64,000 nucleotides of DNA, taken from NCBI GenBank assembly GCA_030615855.1, contig JAUWYL010000003.1, forward strand, positions 2,384 through 66,383, given 5' to 3'. The stretch is from a bacterium (GTDB lineage Bacteria; UBP18; UBA7526). Below are positions 20,552 to 30,229 of the stretch, piece by piece; within the stretch, counting starts at the first letter, position 1, and the number at the start of each line of letters is the position of its first letter. Made by a program: the position numbers and the translations under genes. The notes under the pieces are model-generated. The model saw only the letters and a list, made by a program, of their open reading frames with translations. It made no database searches and was not told where the DNA came from.

Positions 20552-20776
20552 CTAACGGCGGGCCATCTTGGCTTCGGCAATGTAACCGGCCTTGTCCAGG
20601 TAGTACATATAGCCTTTTTTTCTAGTGATCTTCTCGGTGCCTACTCTCTTCTTTCTTCCGCCCTTGGTCCTCTTCATGGGTGCCTGCCAGACATAGCCGT
20701 CTTTCCCGATGTAGTAAAGATAGCCTTTCTGCCTCGCAATCTTTTCCTTACCGATTTTCTTTCCCATTCCCTTCAC
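20552..20776 (-). CDS. small basic protein with internal duplicated ~30-aa unit
   Basis: 74 aa. Units EKIARQKGYLYYIGKDGYVWQA and EKITRKKGYMYYLDKAGYIAEA. No known family recognised. Confidence 0.4.
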   Translation of the reverse strand: MKGMGKKIGKEKIARQKGYLYYIGKDGYVWQAPMKRTKGGRKKRVGTEKITRKKGYMYYLDKAGYIAEAKMARR

Positions 20777-20853
20777 CTCCTTCGTCTACTCTCGAAAATT
20801 TTTCAACCAAGAAATAGTATACTCGAAAAAAGTTGTTTTGTCAAGGAAAATCT

Positions 20854-21396
20854 TTAAATTTTTCTGGGAAGCAAGGTAGAGACTTCAAAGGTGACATTCA
20901 GCAGTTCACGTCTAATAGACTGAGGGGTGATGTGTAGCCTCCGTACTTCTAAGGAGTGGGGTGAACTCTCTACGGAATAAAGATACCTGGTCAATTGTTC
21001 CAAGGTAACCGCCCTTAACTTGACTCTAACCAGTGACCTCCGATACCTCTCACTCACCACCCTCTCCTCTGGTTTTAGGTAGTCTATTCTCTCCTTAATC
21101 CCTGCCTGAGAGGCGAGGTCCTCTAAGTGAGAGAAAAGGGTAAAGTCGGGAGGCCTTGTGACCATTCTCTCATCAAAGGACTTCAATCTCTCCTCCAGAG
21201 TAAGATAACGGCTCTGGAGATGATACATCTCTTCCAGATCCTTCTCTAACTTTCTATTCACTCTCTCCAGAGTTCTCATTCTCTTGTGGCCAGAGGAGAG
21301 AAGTCGGAAGAAGATGAGAAGGAGGAGAAGGACTATTCCCCCGATAAGAAGAAGCCTCTCCCTTTTGGCTAACCTTATCTTGGGTAGTTTAAACAT
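20854..21396 (-). CDS. GspM/PilO-like inner-membrane assembly protein
   Basis: 180 aa. Single N-terminal TM helix followed by a coiled-coil and periplasmic domain. Lies immediately downstream of the GspL/PilM-like gene. Confidence 0.5.
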   Translation of the reverse strand: MFKLPKIRLAKRERLLLIGGIVLLLLLIFFRLLSSGHKRMRTLERVNRKLEKDLEEMYHLQSRYLTLEERLKSFDERMVTRPPDFTLFSHLEDLASQAGIKERIDYLKPEERVVSERYRRSLVRVKLRAVTLEQLTRYLYSVESSPHSLEVRRLHITPQSIRRELLNVTFEVSTLLPRKI

Positions 21397-23396
21397 TATT
21401 CCTTCCTGTGTTTCACAGTCATTCTGAACTCCACGCTTCTCCCCCTTCTACTCAGATGGGCATCGCTCACCGCGACTTCCGTGAAATAGTCTGAGGCCTC
21501 AAGAACCCTTTTGAAGCGATCGACGAGAGAGAAGTCGGGGAGTGAAGTGCTTCCCCTTATTCTGGTCTCGTCCCAGTCAATGGAAAGGTCCTCTAAACTT
21601 ATTTCCAAATCTTGGGGAGTGAGGGAGGAGATTTCTTTCAGGATAGTCAGAGAAGAAAATTCTCTTGGTGAGAGGGCAAGGTCTTCTTCTCTCTTCTCTA
21701 AACTGCTCTTCATCTGGACTAAGGGATCGACAATATTGGTGACTTCAGGAAAGGTTTTTTTGAAGACTAAGCGAATCTCCTTTTTTAGTTTCGCGCTTCT
21801 TTTATTCTTGAGGTAGAGATGGAGATAGAAGTCCAGAAGGCCCAGGAGAAAGATGGAAAGAAGTAGGATGGTGGCTGGCTTAAGAAGGGGCCGGGCCTCC
21901 TCCAATCTCTTGATGAGGGGCTTCTCCTCCCGGATGAAATTAAGGGATGCCCTGGTCCTGGCCATTCCACGCAAGGCAATCCCCATCGCCTGGGGGAGGA
22001 GGGGTCTAGTTTTCTCTAAAGTAGAGCTATCTAGCGTACTAGAGATCTCCCTTAAGGAAGGAGTAAGAAGCTCCTTTAGGCGCAAGAAAAATGGTCTAGG
22101 GAGGGATAGCTTAAAGAAAGGATTGAAGAGAGAGGTTTCTATATTGAGGCTCTTCTGGAAGTATTCAACTATTTCGGGCAGGCGGGCACTTCCTCCAGTC
22201 AATAGGATTTTTTCTATACTCTTATCTGGGTAGAAAGCCAGGAAGGATGAGAAGGTATGCTCTATCTCTTTTATAATTTCATCCAGAACAGGCTCTATCG
22301 CCTTTAACTTCTCCTCATCGAGCTCTTCCCTCTGGGGCAGAGGCCCTTCTGGGCCGGAGGCCCTCTTTAACTTCTCCGCCTCTTTGAAGCTTACCCCAAA
22401 TCTCTCTGCCAAAACCTGGCTGACGTTATCCCCGGCCTTAGGGATACTCCGAGTGAAGAAGAGTCTCCCCTCACTTATAATATCGATTATTGTCTGGCCT
22501 GCTCCAAGATTGATAAGGGCAACGATCTCTTTATCCTCTTTCAGGGCATAGATATTGAAGAGGCTAGTACTATCAAGGTCCACAACCTCTGGCCTAAGCC
22601 CCGCCTTATCCAAAATCCTAAGGTGTTTTTCGATCACTTTCTTGTTGAAGGCAAAGGCTAAGACCAGGGTCCTGTCTGGGAGACGATCATCTACGATATA
22701 GAAATCAATAATCGCCTCTTCCAGGGGAAATGGGAGATGGGGCTCTAACTCATACCTTATTACCTGGCGGATCTTCCTTGAACCCTTAAAGGGCAGGGAG
22801 AGCCTCTTAATTACAGAAGAGGAGGCAGGAAGGGAGGAGATTACTCTTTCTTTTTCTCCTTTAACCCCGCCCATTGGTAAAGGGGCGGGGCGAGCCTGGG
22901 AGAGGAGTTCGGCTATTGTTCGGACAATTATCTCCTCCTCTGCTTCACCCTTCTCTTCCCTGGGAATCTCCTTCTCCCAGAAGTTAAGGAGTCTCACTCC
23001 CCTTCTGGTCTTCAATAACCGGGTAACTTTTATACTATTTGTCCCGATATCTAGGCCCAGGGCCTCTTTCCCTTTTAGGAATTTCTTTACCTTTACTCCT
23101 TTTATTTTCGAACGAAGTGAGAAAACAAGGTTCTTGAGTGTAGCGAAAGGCTTTCTTATTTTATGAGCAAGGCGAATAAAACAAGGTTCTGTGAAGCAGG
23201 TTCTTATTTTGGCCAGACCCTTCTTTATCAGGGGGTTTAACCTATTCCGAACGAAATGAGACATCTTCTGGAAGACGGAAAGAAGAAAGCCTTTTACACG
23301 AAGAAGAAGAGTCTTACTTTTAGTAAAAATAGTGCTCGTTAGTCTCTTCATCCTTCCCATCTTTTCTTTTAGATTGAGTTCCCGAATCTTAAACAT
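21396..23396 (-). CDS. GspL / PilM-PilN-like fusion protein
   Basis: Actin-like ATPase N-domain (LGLDIGTNSIKV...), internal TM helix (LLLSIFLLGLLDFYLHLYL) and a periplasmic PilN/GspL-like tail. The first ~100 codons of the tracked ORF translate interspersed repeats (23100-23220), so the true start may lie near 23070. Confidence 0.55.
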   Translation of the reverse strand: MFKIRELNLKEKMGRMKRLTSTIFTKSKTLLLRVKGFLLSVFQKMSHFVRNRLNPLIKKGLAKIRTCFTEPCFIRLAHKIRKPFATLKNLVFSLRSKIKGVKVKKFLKGKEALGLDIGTNSIKVTRLLKTRRGVRLLNFWEKEIPREEKGEAEEEIIVRTIAELLSQARPAPLPMGGVKGEKERVISSLPASSSVIKRLSLPFKGSRKIRQVIRYELEPHLPFPLEEAIIDFYIVDDRLPDRTLVLAFAFNKKVIEKHLRILDKAGLRPEVVDLDSTSLFNIYALKEDKEIVALINLGAGQTIIDIISEGRLFFTRSIPKAGDNVSQVLAERFGVSFKEAEKLKRASGPEGPLPQREELDEEKLKAIEPVLDEIIKEIEHTFSSFLAFYPDKSIEKILLTGGSARLPEIVEYFQKSLNIETSLFNPFFKLSLPRPFFLRLKELLTPSLREISSTLDSSTLEKTRPLLPQAMGIALRGMARTRASLNFIREEKPLIKRLEEARPLLKPATILLLSIFLLGLLDFYLHLYLKNKRSAKLKKEIRLVFKKTFPEVTNIVDPLVQMKSSLEKREEDLALSPREFSSLTILKEISSLTPQDLEISLEDLSIDWDETRIRGSTSLPDFSLVDRFKRVLEASDYFTEVAVSDAHLSRRGRSVEFRMTVKHRKE

Positions 23397-23531
23397 CGTG
23401 TCCCTTTGTCACTCGGTTAGGGTTAAGGTTAGGTTGTTAGTTTGGTCGTTGGGTTAGGTTGTTAGTCTTTTTAAACACCTAACCCTCACCAAACTACCAT
23501 ACCCACTACTTTACCCTAACCCAACTACTAA
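23397..23531. repeat. palindromic element of ggttaggttgttag ... ctaaccc k-mers
   Basis: Left arm ggttagggttaaggttaggttgttag. Right arm cctaaccctcacc...ccctaacccaactactaa. Confidence 0.6.
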
Positions 23532-26360
23532 TCACTTCAGTATTTCCTTCGCGGCCCAAACCACGGGTTTGAAATAGAACCTTACCATCTTCTTCAAGGC
23601 TTCTTTGTTCCTTATAAAGTTAGCAACTGGTGGGCTAATTCTGTTATAGAAGGAAATGAAGGCTCTGCCTGCTCTATTGGGCAAAAGATATCTATCCCTG
23701 AATTCACAGAGAATTTTCTCTTCCTCTGCCATCGGTGTTCCATAGGCGGCAGTAGCGATGAGGCAGCCGCCTCCGCCACCTCCTCCGCCTCCGCCTCCGG
23801 CAGGGGCGGCGATGGTGGTGAATTGATAGTAGGAACCACCATTATTATCTGTGGTCTGGTTCTCAACTGTGTCGCTTGAGGTAACCTGATAGTAGTATAG
23901 GGTCGAGGAACTTAAATTAGAGAGGGTAACGGAGTGAGAAGTGGTCTGGGTGGGATCCTGAGTAGTGGAACCAGGGGGAGTGGTAGTTCCATGCTTCACG
24001 ATACTATCACTCGCTTCATCTGTGGTCCAGGTGATGGTGCAGGTAGTGGAACCAGGAGAGGCGCTGACATTAGTTATTACGGGGTCCTGAGCATCTATGG
24101 TAGCGGTGTCGGTTCTCTCTCCAGGAGGGCTGGCATCAGTATAGGTAGCGGTTATGGTATCTCCGTGGGCTACCTGTAATTCTCCGGTACCCGGAGCCTC
24201 CGTAGTCAGGGTTACTGAGCCTTTGAAGCAATTTGTAGTCCCTCCCGTCTCTTCTAGGATTATGGTCTCCGAATCACCAGTAAGAAAACTGGTCATAACT
24301 ACTTCATCAGTGGTAAAACCAATGTCTGGGGTAGTATCTAAATTAGAATCCCAGAGGGTGATGTTTACTTTGGCAGAACCATTATAAACCCCGGCATCTA
24401 AATTGATTAAACCAGTAGGAACAGGTATATGGAAAGGGGTCTCGGGGTCACCGAAGAGGTTGAGAGCAAAGTAGCACCACCTTATCGCTCCTGTGCTGTC
24501 TACAGATCCATCGTTATCTTCTTTTGAATCTTGGTTAATCCTGCCCAGATTGGTTATTCCCTCATCGAATAAAGCATCCCAGAACTGGCGGTCGAACCTC
24601 TGAGAGGCTCCATTGGTGCTTCCCTGGACATACCAGCCATACCTTGAATTCCCCACAAAGGCGAAGGCACCATTGGCTTCGGTGGTGAAGTGTTCCAGGA
24701 TAGAGTCATAATTATAATAATAACTACTGCTGGTACTACGATTGTCGAAGGCTCCGCAGTAACAGCCCTGGGTATAGCCAAAGAAGTAATCGGTATTGGT
24801 CAAGGCATCGACATCCGCGTTGTACATCTTCATATCATAGTTTACATTAGCATGGCCCAGATGGTTTATAACGTGAAGGCCATTATTGATATATCCGGTG
24901 AGGGTGCTCTTCGACCAAAAAGCATCGTAATCATAGAGGGTATTGAGATCGCTGAAGAAGGAACAGTCAGTGAAGCCTTTGGTGGTATAGTAATTAATGG
25001 AGCCAGTTCGAACCTCTTCTTTATAATCCCTTCCCCAGGTTGGGTAACTATCCAGTTTTTCAGCGACCATATAAGCGGTGTGGAGATAATCAGTAGTAGC
25101 ATCCTCATAGGCCAAGGTCTTCTTGACGAAGTTGGAGAGTTCTGTAGTAGAATCAACGGGCGCTCTTCCCACATAGACCTCAGCGTAGAGGTCGATTTCT
25201 CCCCCGTCTACGCCATCGTTCGATTCCCCATATATTCCATCAGCATCGTTGTCAAACGTTCCATCGAGACAGGCATAGTACATATCGGCCGGAATATCGT
25301 TGTCTGCTGGTGTAGGAGGAGAACTTGACACATAGCCATAGAATCCACGATGGGGAATGATGGGTTCTGCCTCCCTCTCGCCATCGGCACTGCCACCTCC
25401 GTCACCGTCCCCAACCAAGAGGATATAATCGGTAGCCCAACCACCTTCAACCACAGGTTTATTGGCATCGAAGATGAAGTTTCGAATCTTGGTCTGATTG
25501 TCCGTTCCTCCATCAGGACGGGTTCCGCTATAGTTGGCATATATCCATTCTGTGGTTACGATATTGGTAGTGATTCCGCGATTGTTCTTACTCTGAGTTA
25601 AATCCTGGAGATCATAGGTTCCGGAGTAGTTCTTGAAAGTATCATTGGTAATGATGACATAATCGTAGGGACCTCCTGACAAGAGAGGGCCACCGTCTAA
25701 GGCGGTCTTAATGGCCCGGGAGTAGCTCTTTGTATCTTGAGGATTATTTACTATCTTCCCGATTACTCTTTCATCCTTGGCTAAACCACGGTATAAGGGA
25801 GGAGCAGTTATTTCGCGGACGGGAATAGTCTCTACCTCAATGGTCATATTTTTATAATAGGAGAGCCTTTTCTCTTGAGGGATATATTCCATAGGATGGA
25901 GGTTGACGGGTAGGATGCGATAACCCCTCTTATTCTGTACGGACTTTGGAGTGTGGAGTTTGCCCGGGAAAGGATTCCTGGATTGATATATTCTCTTATC
26001 CGGTAGAGTCTTAGATACTTTCCCTCTATAACTCAAGGGCACCGGCCTCTGTCCCGGTTCGACGTTATAGGTGCCGGAGAGTTCTATCTTCTGTGCAGGA
26101 ATAATATTTATTCCCTTGACCTTTTGGCCAAAGGGGATGAGGACTTTAACTGTCTTTATGGGAAGGACGGGCTCTCCAGGCTCGCCTATAGTGGATGAGC
26201 CCTTCATACTTATCCTGTGGTATTCACCAACCCTGTTAATCTGGGGAGAGGGGAAGGTTATTTCTATTCTGATGGAATTATTCCTTGCCTGCAAATAATA
26301 AGTTCCACTACTTAGAAGTAGCAGACTGATAATTATTACTAGGATGTTAACTATTTTCAC
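23532..26360 (-). CDS. C25 (gingipain-like) cysteine peptidase with propeptide-like N-domain, FN3/Ig-like domains and CFIATAAY-type C-terminal sorting domain
   Basis: Signal peptide. Candidate catalytic pair in HVINHLGHANV and YTQGCYCGAFD (His-Gly ... Gln-x-Cys). FN3-like segment. G11 linker followed by CLIATAAYG...FRDRYLL...SPPVANFIRNKEALK. Confidence 0.6.
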   Translation of the reverse strand: MKIVNILVIIISLLLLSSGTYYLQARNNSIRIEITFPSPQINRVGEYHRISMKGSSTIGEPGEPVLPIKTVKVLIPFGQKVKGINIIPAQKIELSGTYNVEPGQRPVPLSYRGKVSKTLPDKRIYQSRNPFPGKLHTPKSVQNKRGYRILPVNLHPMEYIPQEKRLSYYKNMTIEVETIPVREITAPPLYRGLAKDERVIGKIVNNPQDTKSYSRAIKTALDGGPLLSGGPYDYVIITNDTFKNYSGTYDLQDLTQSKNNRGITTNIVTTEWIYANYSGTRPDGGTDNQTKIRNFIFDANKPVVEGGWATDYILLVGDGDGGGSADGEREAEPIIPHRGFYGYVSSSPPTPADNDIPADMYYACLDGTFDNDADGIYGESNDGVDGGEIDLYAEVYVGRAPVDSTTELSNFVKKTLAYEDATTDYLHTAYMVAEKLDSYPTWGRDYKEEVRTGSINYYTTKGFTDCSFFSDLNTLYDYDAFWSKSTLTGYINNGLHVINHLGHANVNYDMKMYNADVDALTNTDYFFGYTQGCYCGAFDNRSTSSSYYYNYDSILEHFTTEANGAFAFVGNSRYGWYVQGSTNGASQRFDRQFWDALFDEGITNLGRINQDSKEDNDGSVDSTGAIRWCYFALNLFGDPETPFHIPVPTGLINLDAGVYNGSAKVNITLWDSNLDTTPDIGFTTDEVVMTSFLTGDSETIILEETGGTTNCFKGSVTLTTEAPGTGELQVAHGDTITATYTDASPPGERTDTATIDAQDPVITNVSASPGSTTCTITWTTDEASDSIVKHGTTTPPGSTTQDPTQTTSHSVTLSNLSSSTLYYYQVTSSDTVENQTTDNNGGSYYQFTTIAAPAGGGGGGGGGGGCLIATAAYGTPMAEEEKILCEFRDRYLLPNRAGRAFISFYNRISPPVANFIRNKEALKKMVRFYFKPVVWAAKEILK

Positions 26361-26364
26361 CTTG

Positions 26365-27033
26365 TTACTTCTCCTTTACTGGATAGGTCGCGATGGCCTG
26401 TGGGTTTTCCACCATCTTCTTAATCCTTTCTCTATCCTCTGGTTTTCCTCTAAATAACGTCGGCTTTGAAGCAGAAATTGTGGTTACCTCTATCTTTATG
26501 CTCTCATAATAAGAAAGTTCTCTTTTTCCCGGAATATATTTTACAGGATGAAGATTGAGAAGAAGTATTTTATATCCTCTCATACTCTGGATTGACTTAT
26601 TAGAATATAACCTGCCCGGAAAGGGATGATTAGAACTATAGATTTTATCTTTGAGAAAAGGAAGGGGCACTTTCCCTCGATATCTTAAGGGAACTGGTCT
26701 TTGACCGGGTTCTACCAGATATTTTCCCTTTAAAATCCTTTCCTTTTTAGAAGATACCTTTATTCTCTTCACTTCCTGGCCAAAGGGAATTAGTATCTTG
26801 ATCGTCTTTACTGGTAATACTGGTTCTCCCGGCTGGCCAAGACTGGGCATCCCTTTTATAGTCACCCGGTGATATTCCCTGACCTCAGTAATCGTGGGGG
26901 AGGGGAAGTCTATCTCGATTCTAATACCATGGTTTCTGATTAATAAAGAATGAAGACCACTTCCCAGAAATATTATACTGACCATGGCTACTATACCGAT
27001 TTTCCTCATCTCAAACTCCCCCCTTTCCCTCAC
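26365..27033 (-). CDS. stand-alone paralogue of the peptidase propeptide-like N-domain
   Basis: 222 aa with signal peptide. Aligns along its whole length with residues ~20-200 of the 942-aa peptidase (e.g. IRIEIDFPSPTITEVREYHRVTIKG vs IRIEITFPSPQINRVGEYHRISMKG; EPGQRPVPLRYRGKV vs EPGQRPVPLSYRGKV). Confidence 0.5.
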   Translation of the reverse strand: MRERGEFEMRKIGIVAMVSIIFLGSGLHSLLIRNHGIRIEIDFPSPTITEVREYHRVTIKGMPSLGQPGEPVLPVKTIKILIPFGQEVKRIKVSSKKERILKGKYLVEPGQRPVPLRYRGKVPLPFLKDKIYSSNHPFPGRLYSNKSIQSMRGYKILLLNLHPVKYIPGKRELSYYESIKIEVTTISASKPTLFRGKPEDRERIKKMVENPQAIATYPVKEK

Positions 27034-27038
27034 TCATG

Positions 27039-27953
27039 TTACATTACTCTCCAGTATTTTATCTCTAAACTTTTGCCTTGCCTCTCTAAGATGGTCTTTA
27101 TTCTCTTCCTCGTCTCTCCCAAGGCCCCTTGAGAAAAGATAGAGAAGGAGTTGCTCTTCACAGTAATGAGAGGGCTAATCTTATTATAGAGTCTATCAAC
27201 TATTCCGAAGACTTCCTTTAGGTCTGTAATCTTCTCAAAAGGGCGATCCTCCCGATATTTTACAATCTCTTGGGCCAAACCCTCATCAATATCAGAATGG
27301 AGGGCCTGAAGAACAATGGAAGGGGCGGTATTGATATTCACCTTACCATCCCCATAGACCGTAAGATAGGAATCCAGGGAGCCTCTTTCCTTTTCTTTTC
27401 CATAGAAGACTTCGTCATTGAAATCTTTTAGGAGGAAGAGTTCATCTATTGTGTTCAGAGGGCCGTTCTTACAAGGGTAGGGGTTTTCCAGATTAGAGTA
27501 ATAATCATCCTCTGTCCCAAAATCCCTCACTTCATCATCCTCATCAAGCCAGTCGCAGATTATATCGACAAGCTCCTTATCGATCTCAAGGACCTCAAAT
27601 AGCCTCTCTAACATTACCTTCTTTTTCTTATCAACCTTACCTTCCTTACCCAAAAGGGAGTTGATATTTATCTTACCACACTCATCTATAATGTGAAAAG
27701 TTATCGCTCCTTCCTCCATAGCAACCGGTGGCTTGGCTAAAGCCCAATCCTCATCCAAGGAGTCACAACTTAAGTCATCATCATCCCTTAAGAGGAGATA
27801 GGCAAAGTTAATCCCAGAATTCGCCAGATAATAAGATTTGAGGCTATCCCGATAATTTCCCGAGATCTCTGCCTCCACTCTCATGAGATAGTTAAACTCC
27901 AAGACCAAAACCGCTAAGATTGTAATAACCACCAGGGTGAGAACTAAGGCCAT
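27039..27953 (-). CDS. gspK: type II secretion minor pseudopilin GspK
   Basis: Prepilin-like TM segment MALVLTLVVITILAVLVLEFNYL, then a GspK-like periplasmic domain. Start placed at Met30 of the tracked ORF, downstream of the caccgattc tandem repeat. Confidence 0.65.
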   Translation of the reverse strand: MALVLTLVVITILAVLVLEFNYLMRVEAEISGNYRDSLKSYYLANSGINFAYLLLRDDDDLSCDSLDEDWALAKPPVAMEEGAITFHIIDECGKININSLLGKEGKVDKKKKVMLERLFEVLEIDKELVDIICDWLDEDDEVRDFGTEDDYYSNLENPYPCKNGPLNTIDELFLLKDFNDEVFYGKEKERGSLDSYLTVYGDGKVNINTAPSIVLQALHSDIDEGLAQEIVKYREDRPFEKITDLKEVFGIVDRLYNKISPLITVKSNSFSIFSQGALGETRKRIKTILERQGKSLEIKYWRVM

Positions 27954-27969
27954 CCCTCTTTGAGAATTA

Positions 27970-28003
27970 ATCGGTGAATCGGGGAATCGGTGAATCGGTG
28001 ATT
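27970..28003. repeat. tandem repeat (unit ~9 bp, atcggtgaa / caccgattc) in the gspJ-gspK spacer
   Basis: atcggtgaatcggggaatcggtgaatcggtgatt read directly. Confidence 0.7.
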
Positions 28004-28054
28004 TTCCCCGTTTCTCCCTTTCTCCCTGTCTCCGTTTCATAACCCACTCTCACT

Positions 28055-28690
28055 TCATTCTTTTACTGTCTCACTCTTTCCTAAGGGGATAAAAGCCACA
28101 GTGGAAAGCTCCTTTTCTGAGAATTTCAAGGTAACCTTAACCGCCTGGGGCAGGCAGGATTCTTCTTTGCTATCCCACTCATCACGCCATTCTTCCCCAT
28201 CATAATACTTAAACTCCAAACCCTCTAAGCCTTCTATTAGATTCTCTTTCTCTCCTCCCTCAAGAACATCATCATCCGGCGTTCCATCCTCCCTGCGCCA
28301 TAGAGAAAGGTTCTTCCCCTCTTCCTCCGGTTCTGTGAAGTAGCCGATCTCTACCAGATCATACTCCTTGCTATCTTTAAATATTCGCTCATGAGAAGAG
28401 GAGATAAAGTCTATCTTTCCTTCCTCTCCGGCAAACATCACATCCTCACTATCTTCTGAAAAGAAAGAAGAGGTAATTTCATCATTCATCCTGCTTAAGG
28501 TGAGTCTTACCATAGAGAAGGCATCCATCTTTTTCCGGGTATAATTCATAGTATCGATGCTTGAGGCATAGGAAGCGTAGATAATGGTGAGGATGAGGCT
28601 AACGATGGCCACGGCAATTAATATCTCAACCAAAGTGAAACCATTGCGGGTGAGCCGGTGAGAAAGTGAGAAAGTGAGCTTTTTACTCAT
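28055..28690 (-). CDS. gspJ: type II secretion minor pseudopilin GspJ
   Basis: Prepilin N-terminus ...RNGFTLVEILIAVAIVSLILTIIYASY (G/FTLxE cleavage and methylation motif). Probable start at MSKK. Confidence 0.65.
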   Translation of the reverse strand: MSKKLTFSLSHRLTRNGFTLVEILIAVAIVSLILTIIYASYASSIDTMNYTRKKMDAFSMVRLTLSRMNDEITSSFFSEDSEDVMFAGEEGKIDFISSSHERIFKDSKEYDLVEIGYFTEPEEEGKNLSLWRREDGTPDDDVLEGGEKENLIEGLEGLEFKYYDGEEWRDEWDSKEESCLPQAVKVTLKFSEKELSTVAFIPLGKSETVKE

Positions 28691-28734
28691 TTTTACACAC
28701 CTGCCTACTTTCACACCTGCCTGCTTTCTCCATT

Positions 28735-29097
28735 TTATTCACGTTTGGCAAGATAAGTAACTACTTCAAGGTTCTTCTCATCCCAGGAGATGGTCAAGGT
28801 CACCTTCCTCAAATCTTCCATAGGAGTCTCGGCCACTCTTTCTCTCCAAGTAAAACCAGGGTACTCCTCTCCAAAGTCCCCTTCTTCTCCTCCTACCTCA
28901 GGGAATCCCTCTAATTCTATCTCAGCCATCTTTCCCTGAGCAAGCAAGGTAGCTAAGGAAAAGTCCTGGGACTCGTTAGCCATACTTATTCCCAGACCAT
29001 AGGAATGGAGGATAACTACTAAAGCAATAGCGATAATGGCTATCGCGATCATCACCTCAATCAGGGTGAAGCCTTTCTTCTTCCACATATCCTTCAT
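28735..29097 (-). CDS. gspI: type II secretion minor pseudopilin GspI
   Basis: MKDMWKKKGFTLIEVMIAIAIIAIALVVIL prepilin leader and N-terminal helix. 120 aa. Confidence 0.7.
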   Translation of the reverse strand: MKDMWKKKGFTLIEVMIAIAIIAIALVVILHSYGLGISMANESQDFSLATLLAQGKMAEIELEGFPEVGGEEGDFGEEYPGFTWRERVAETPMEDLRKVTLTISWDEKNLEVVTYLAKRE

Positions 29098-29575
29098 AGA
29101 CCATAACCTGGCCCATGGTCCCCTTGACTAATAGGGTCTGGACCTCTTCCTTTTCATTCTGAAGATGGATGATGGATTTGGTAACATAGCCTTTGGGAAA
29201 AAAGAGGGTAAAGGCCTGACCATTATTTATCTTTCCCTCTGGAGTGACGACATCCAGGAATTTGATCCCTTCCGGAAGGGCCTCCCTCCTTCCCAAGACG
29301 GTCTTCAACTCCTCGAACTCTCCCTCCTCATTCTCCTCTTCTATCCAGTACTCATTCTCATCTAAGTTATAACAGAGACGCAAGCGTTTTCCTGTAGTTG
29401 CTGAGCGATCGTGAAGATAGCGGATAGTCCCTATCAGTCGCCGGCTTGTGCTCTTCAGATAACCTCCGGATAAGAAAGCCTCCATCCTGGGAAAGGCAAT
29501 GACCAAAACAGCACTCAAAACAATGAGAACGATGATTAACTCTATTAAAGTGAAGCCACAAGCTCCAAGCCTCAA
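29057..29575 (-). CDS. gspH: type II secretion minor pseudopilin GspH
   Basis: Prepilin N-terminus ...LRLGACGFTLIELIIVLIVLSAVLV. Most plausible start is the TTG at 29575, giving leader MRLGACG. The tracked ORF runs further upstream through the cctgtagc tandem repeat and into gspG. Confidence 0.55.
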   Translation of the reverse strand: MRLGACGFTLIELIIVLIVLSAVLVIAFPRMEAFLSGGYLKSTSRRLIGTIRYLHDRSATTGKRLRLCYNLDENEYWIEEENEEGEFEELKTVLGRREALPEGIKFLDVVTPEGKINNGQAFTLFFPKGYVTKSIIHLQNEKEEVQTLLVKGTMGQVMVYEGYVEEERLHPD

Positions 29576-29590
29576 GCCACAAGCTTCTTT

Positions 29591-29638
29591 GTAGCCTGGA
29601 GCCTGGAGCCTGTAACCTGTAGCCTGTAGCCTGTAGCC
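29591..29638. repeat. tandem 8-bp repeat (cctgtagc / cctggagc variants, ~6 copies) between gspG and gspH
   Basis: gtagcctggagcctggagcctgtaacctgtagcctgtagcctgtagcc read directly. Confidence 0.75.
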
Positions 29639-29639
29639 T

Positions 29640-30080
29640 TTACTTCTCCAGTGCCCAGCTCTGGATATCGGCATCATTCCCTTCCCCGCCTTCGGCTCCA
29701 TCTGCACCATAGGAGACAATATCATACTCCTTATTGTGCACCCCAGGTGAGATATAGACATAGGGGTTCCCCCAGGGATCGAAGGGAATCTCTTTGGCCT
29801 CTAAGTAGCCCCCCTCCTTCCAGTTCTTCGTCTCTCTTCCTGTAGTGGGCTTCTCAACCAGGGCCTTCAAGCTCTGCTCTGTTGAAGGATAGAAACCATT
29901 ATCTAACTTAAAGAGCTTCAGAGCTCCCTCAAAGTTCTTGATCTGAATGATGGTTGCCGTCCTCTTTGCCTGCTCCTCCCGGCCCATGAATTTAGGCACT
30001 ACAATGGTGGCCAGGATAGCCAGGATGACGATGACGATCATCAATTCAATCAGAGTAAAACCTCTTTCATTTTTTCTCAT
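29640..30080 (-). CDS. gspG: type II secretion major pseudopilin GspG
   Basis: MRKNERGFTLIELMIVIVILAILATIVVPKF, followed by the conserved GspG globular domain. 146 aa. Confidence 0.85.
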   Translation of the reverse strand: MRKNERGFTLIELMIVIVILAILATIVVPKFMGREEQAKRTATIIQIKNFEGALKLFKLDNGFYPSTEQSLKALVEKPTTGRETKNWKEGGYLEAKEIPFDPWGNPYVYISPGVHNKEYDIVSYGADGAEGGEGNDADIQSWALEK

Positions 30081-30229
30081 AAGAACCCTCCTATAATTAA
30101 TTTGTTAGTTTGCTGGTTATTTGATACCTTATCAACTTATTAACTTATTAACTTATTAACTTGTTAACTAACCAATTATCCAACTATTTTACTAATCTAC
30201 CTAATTTACTTAGCCGACTTTGTCGGCTA

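Noticed and set aside
24690-25328. 212-aa plus-strand ORF (and other plus ORFs 24154-25601)
   Set aside because: Antisense to the 942-aa peptidase gene. No signal or motifs, and no RBS context.
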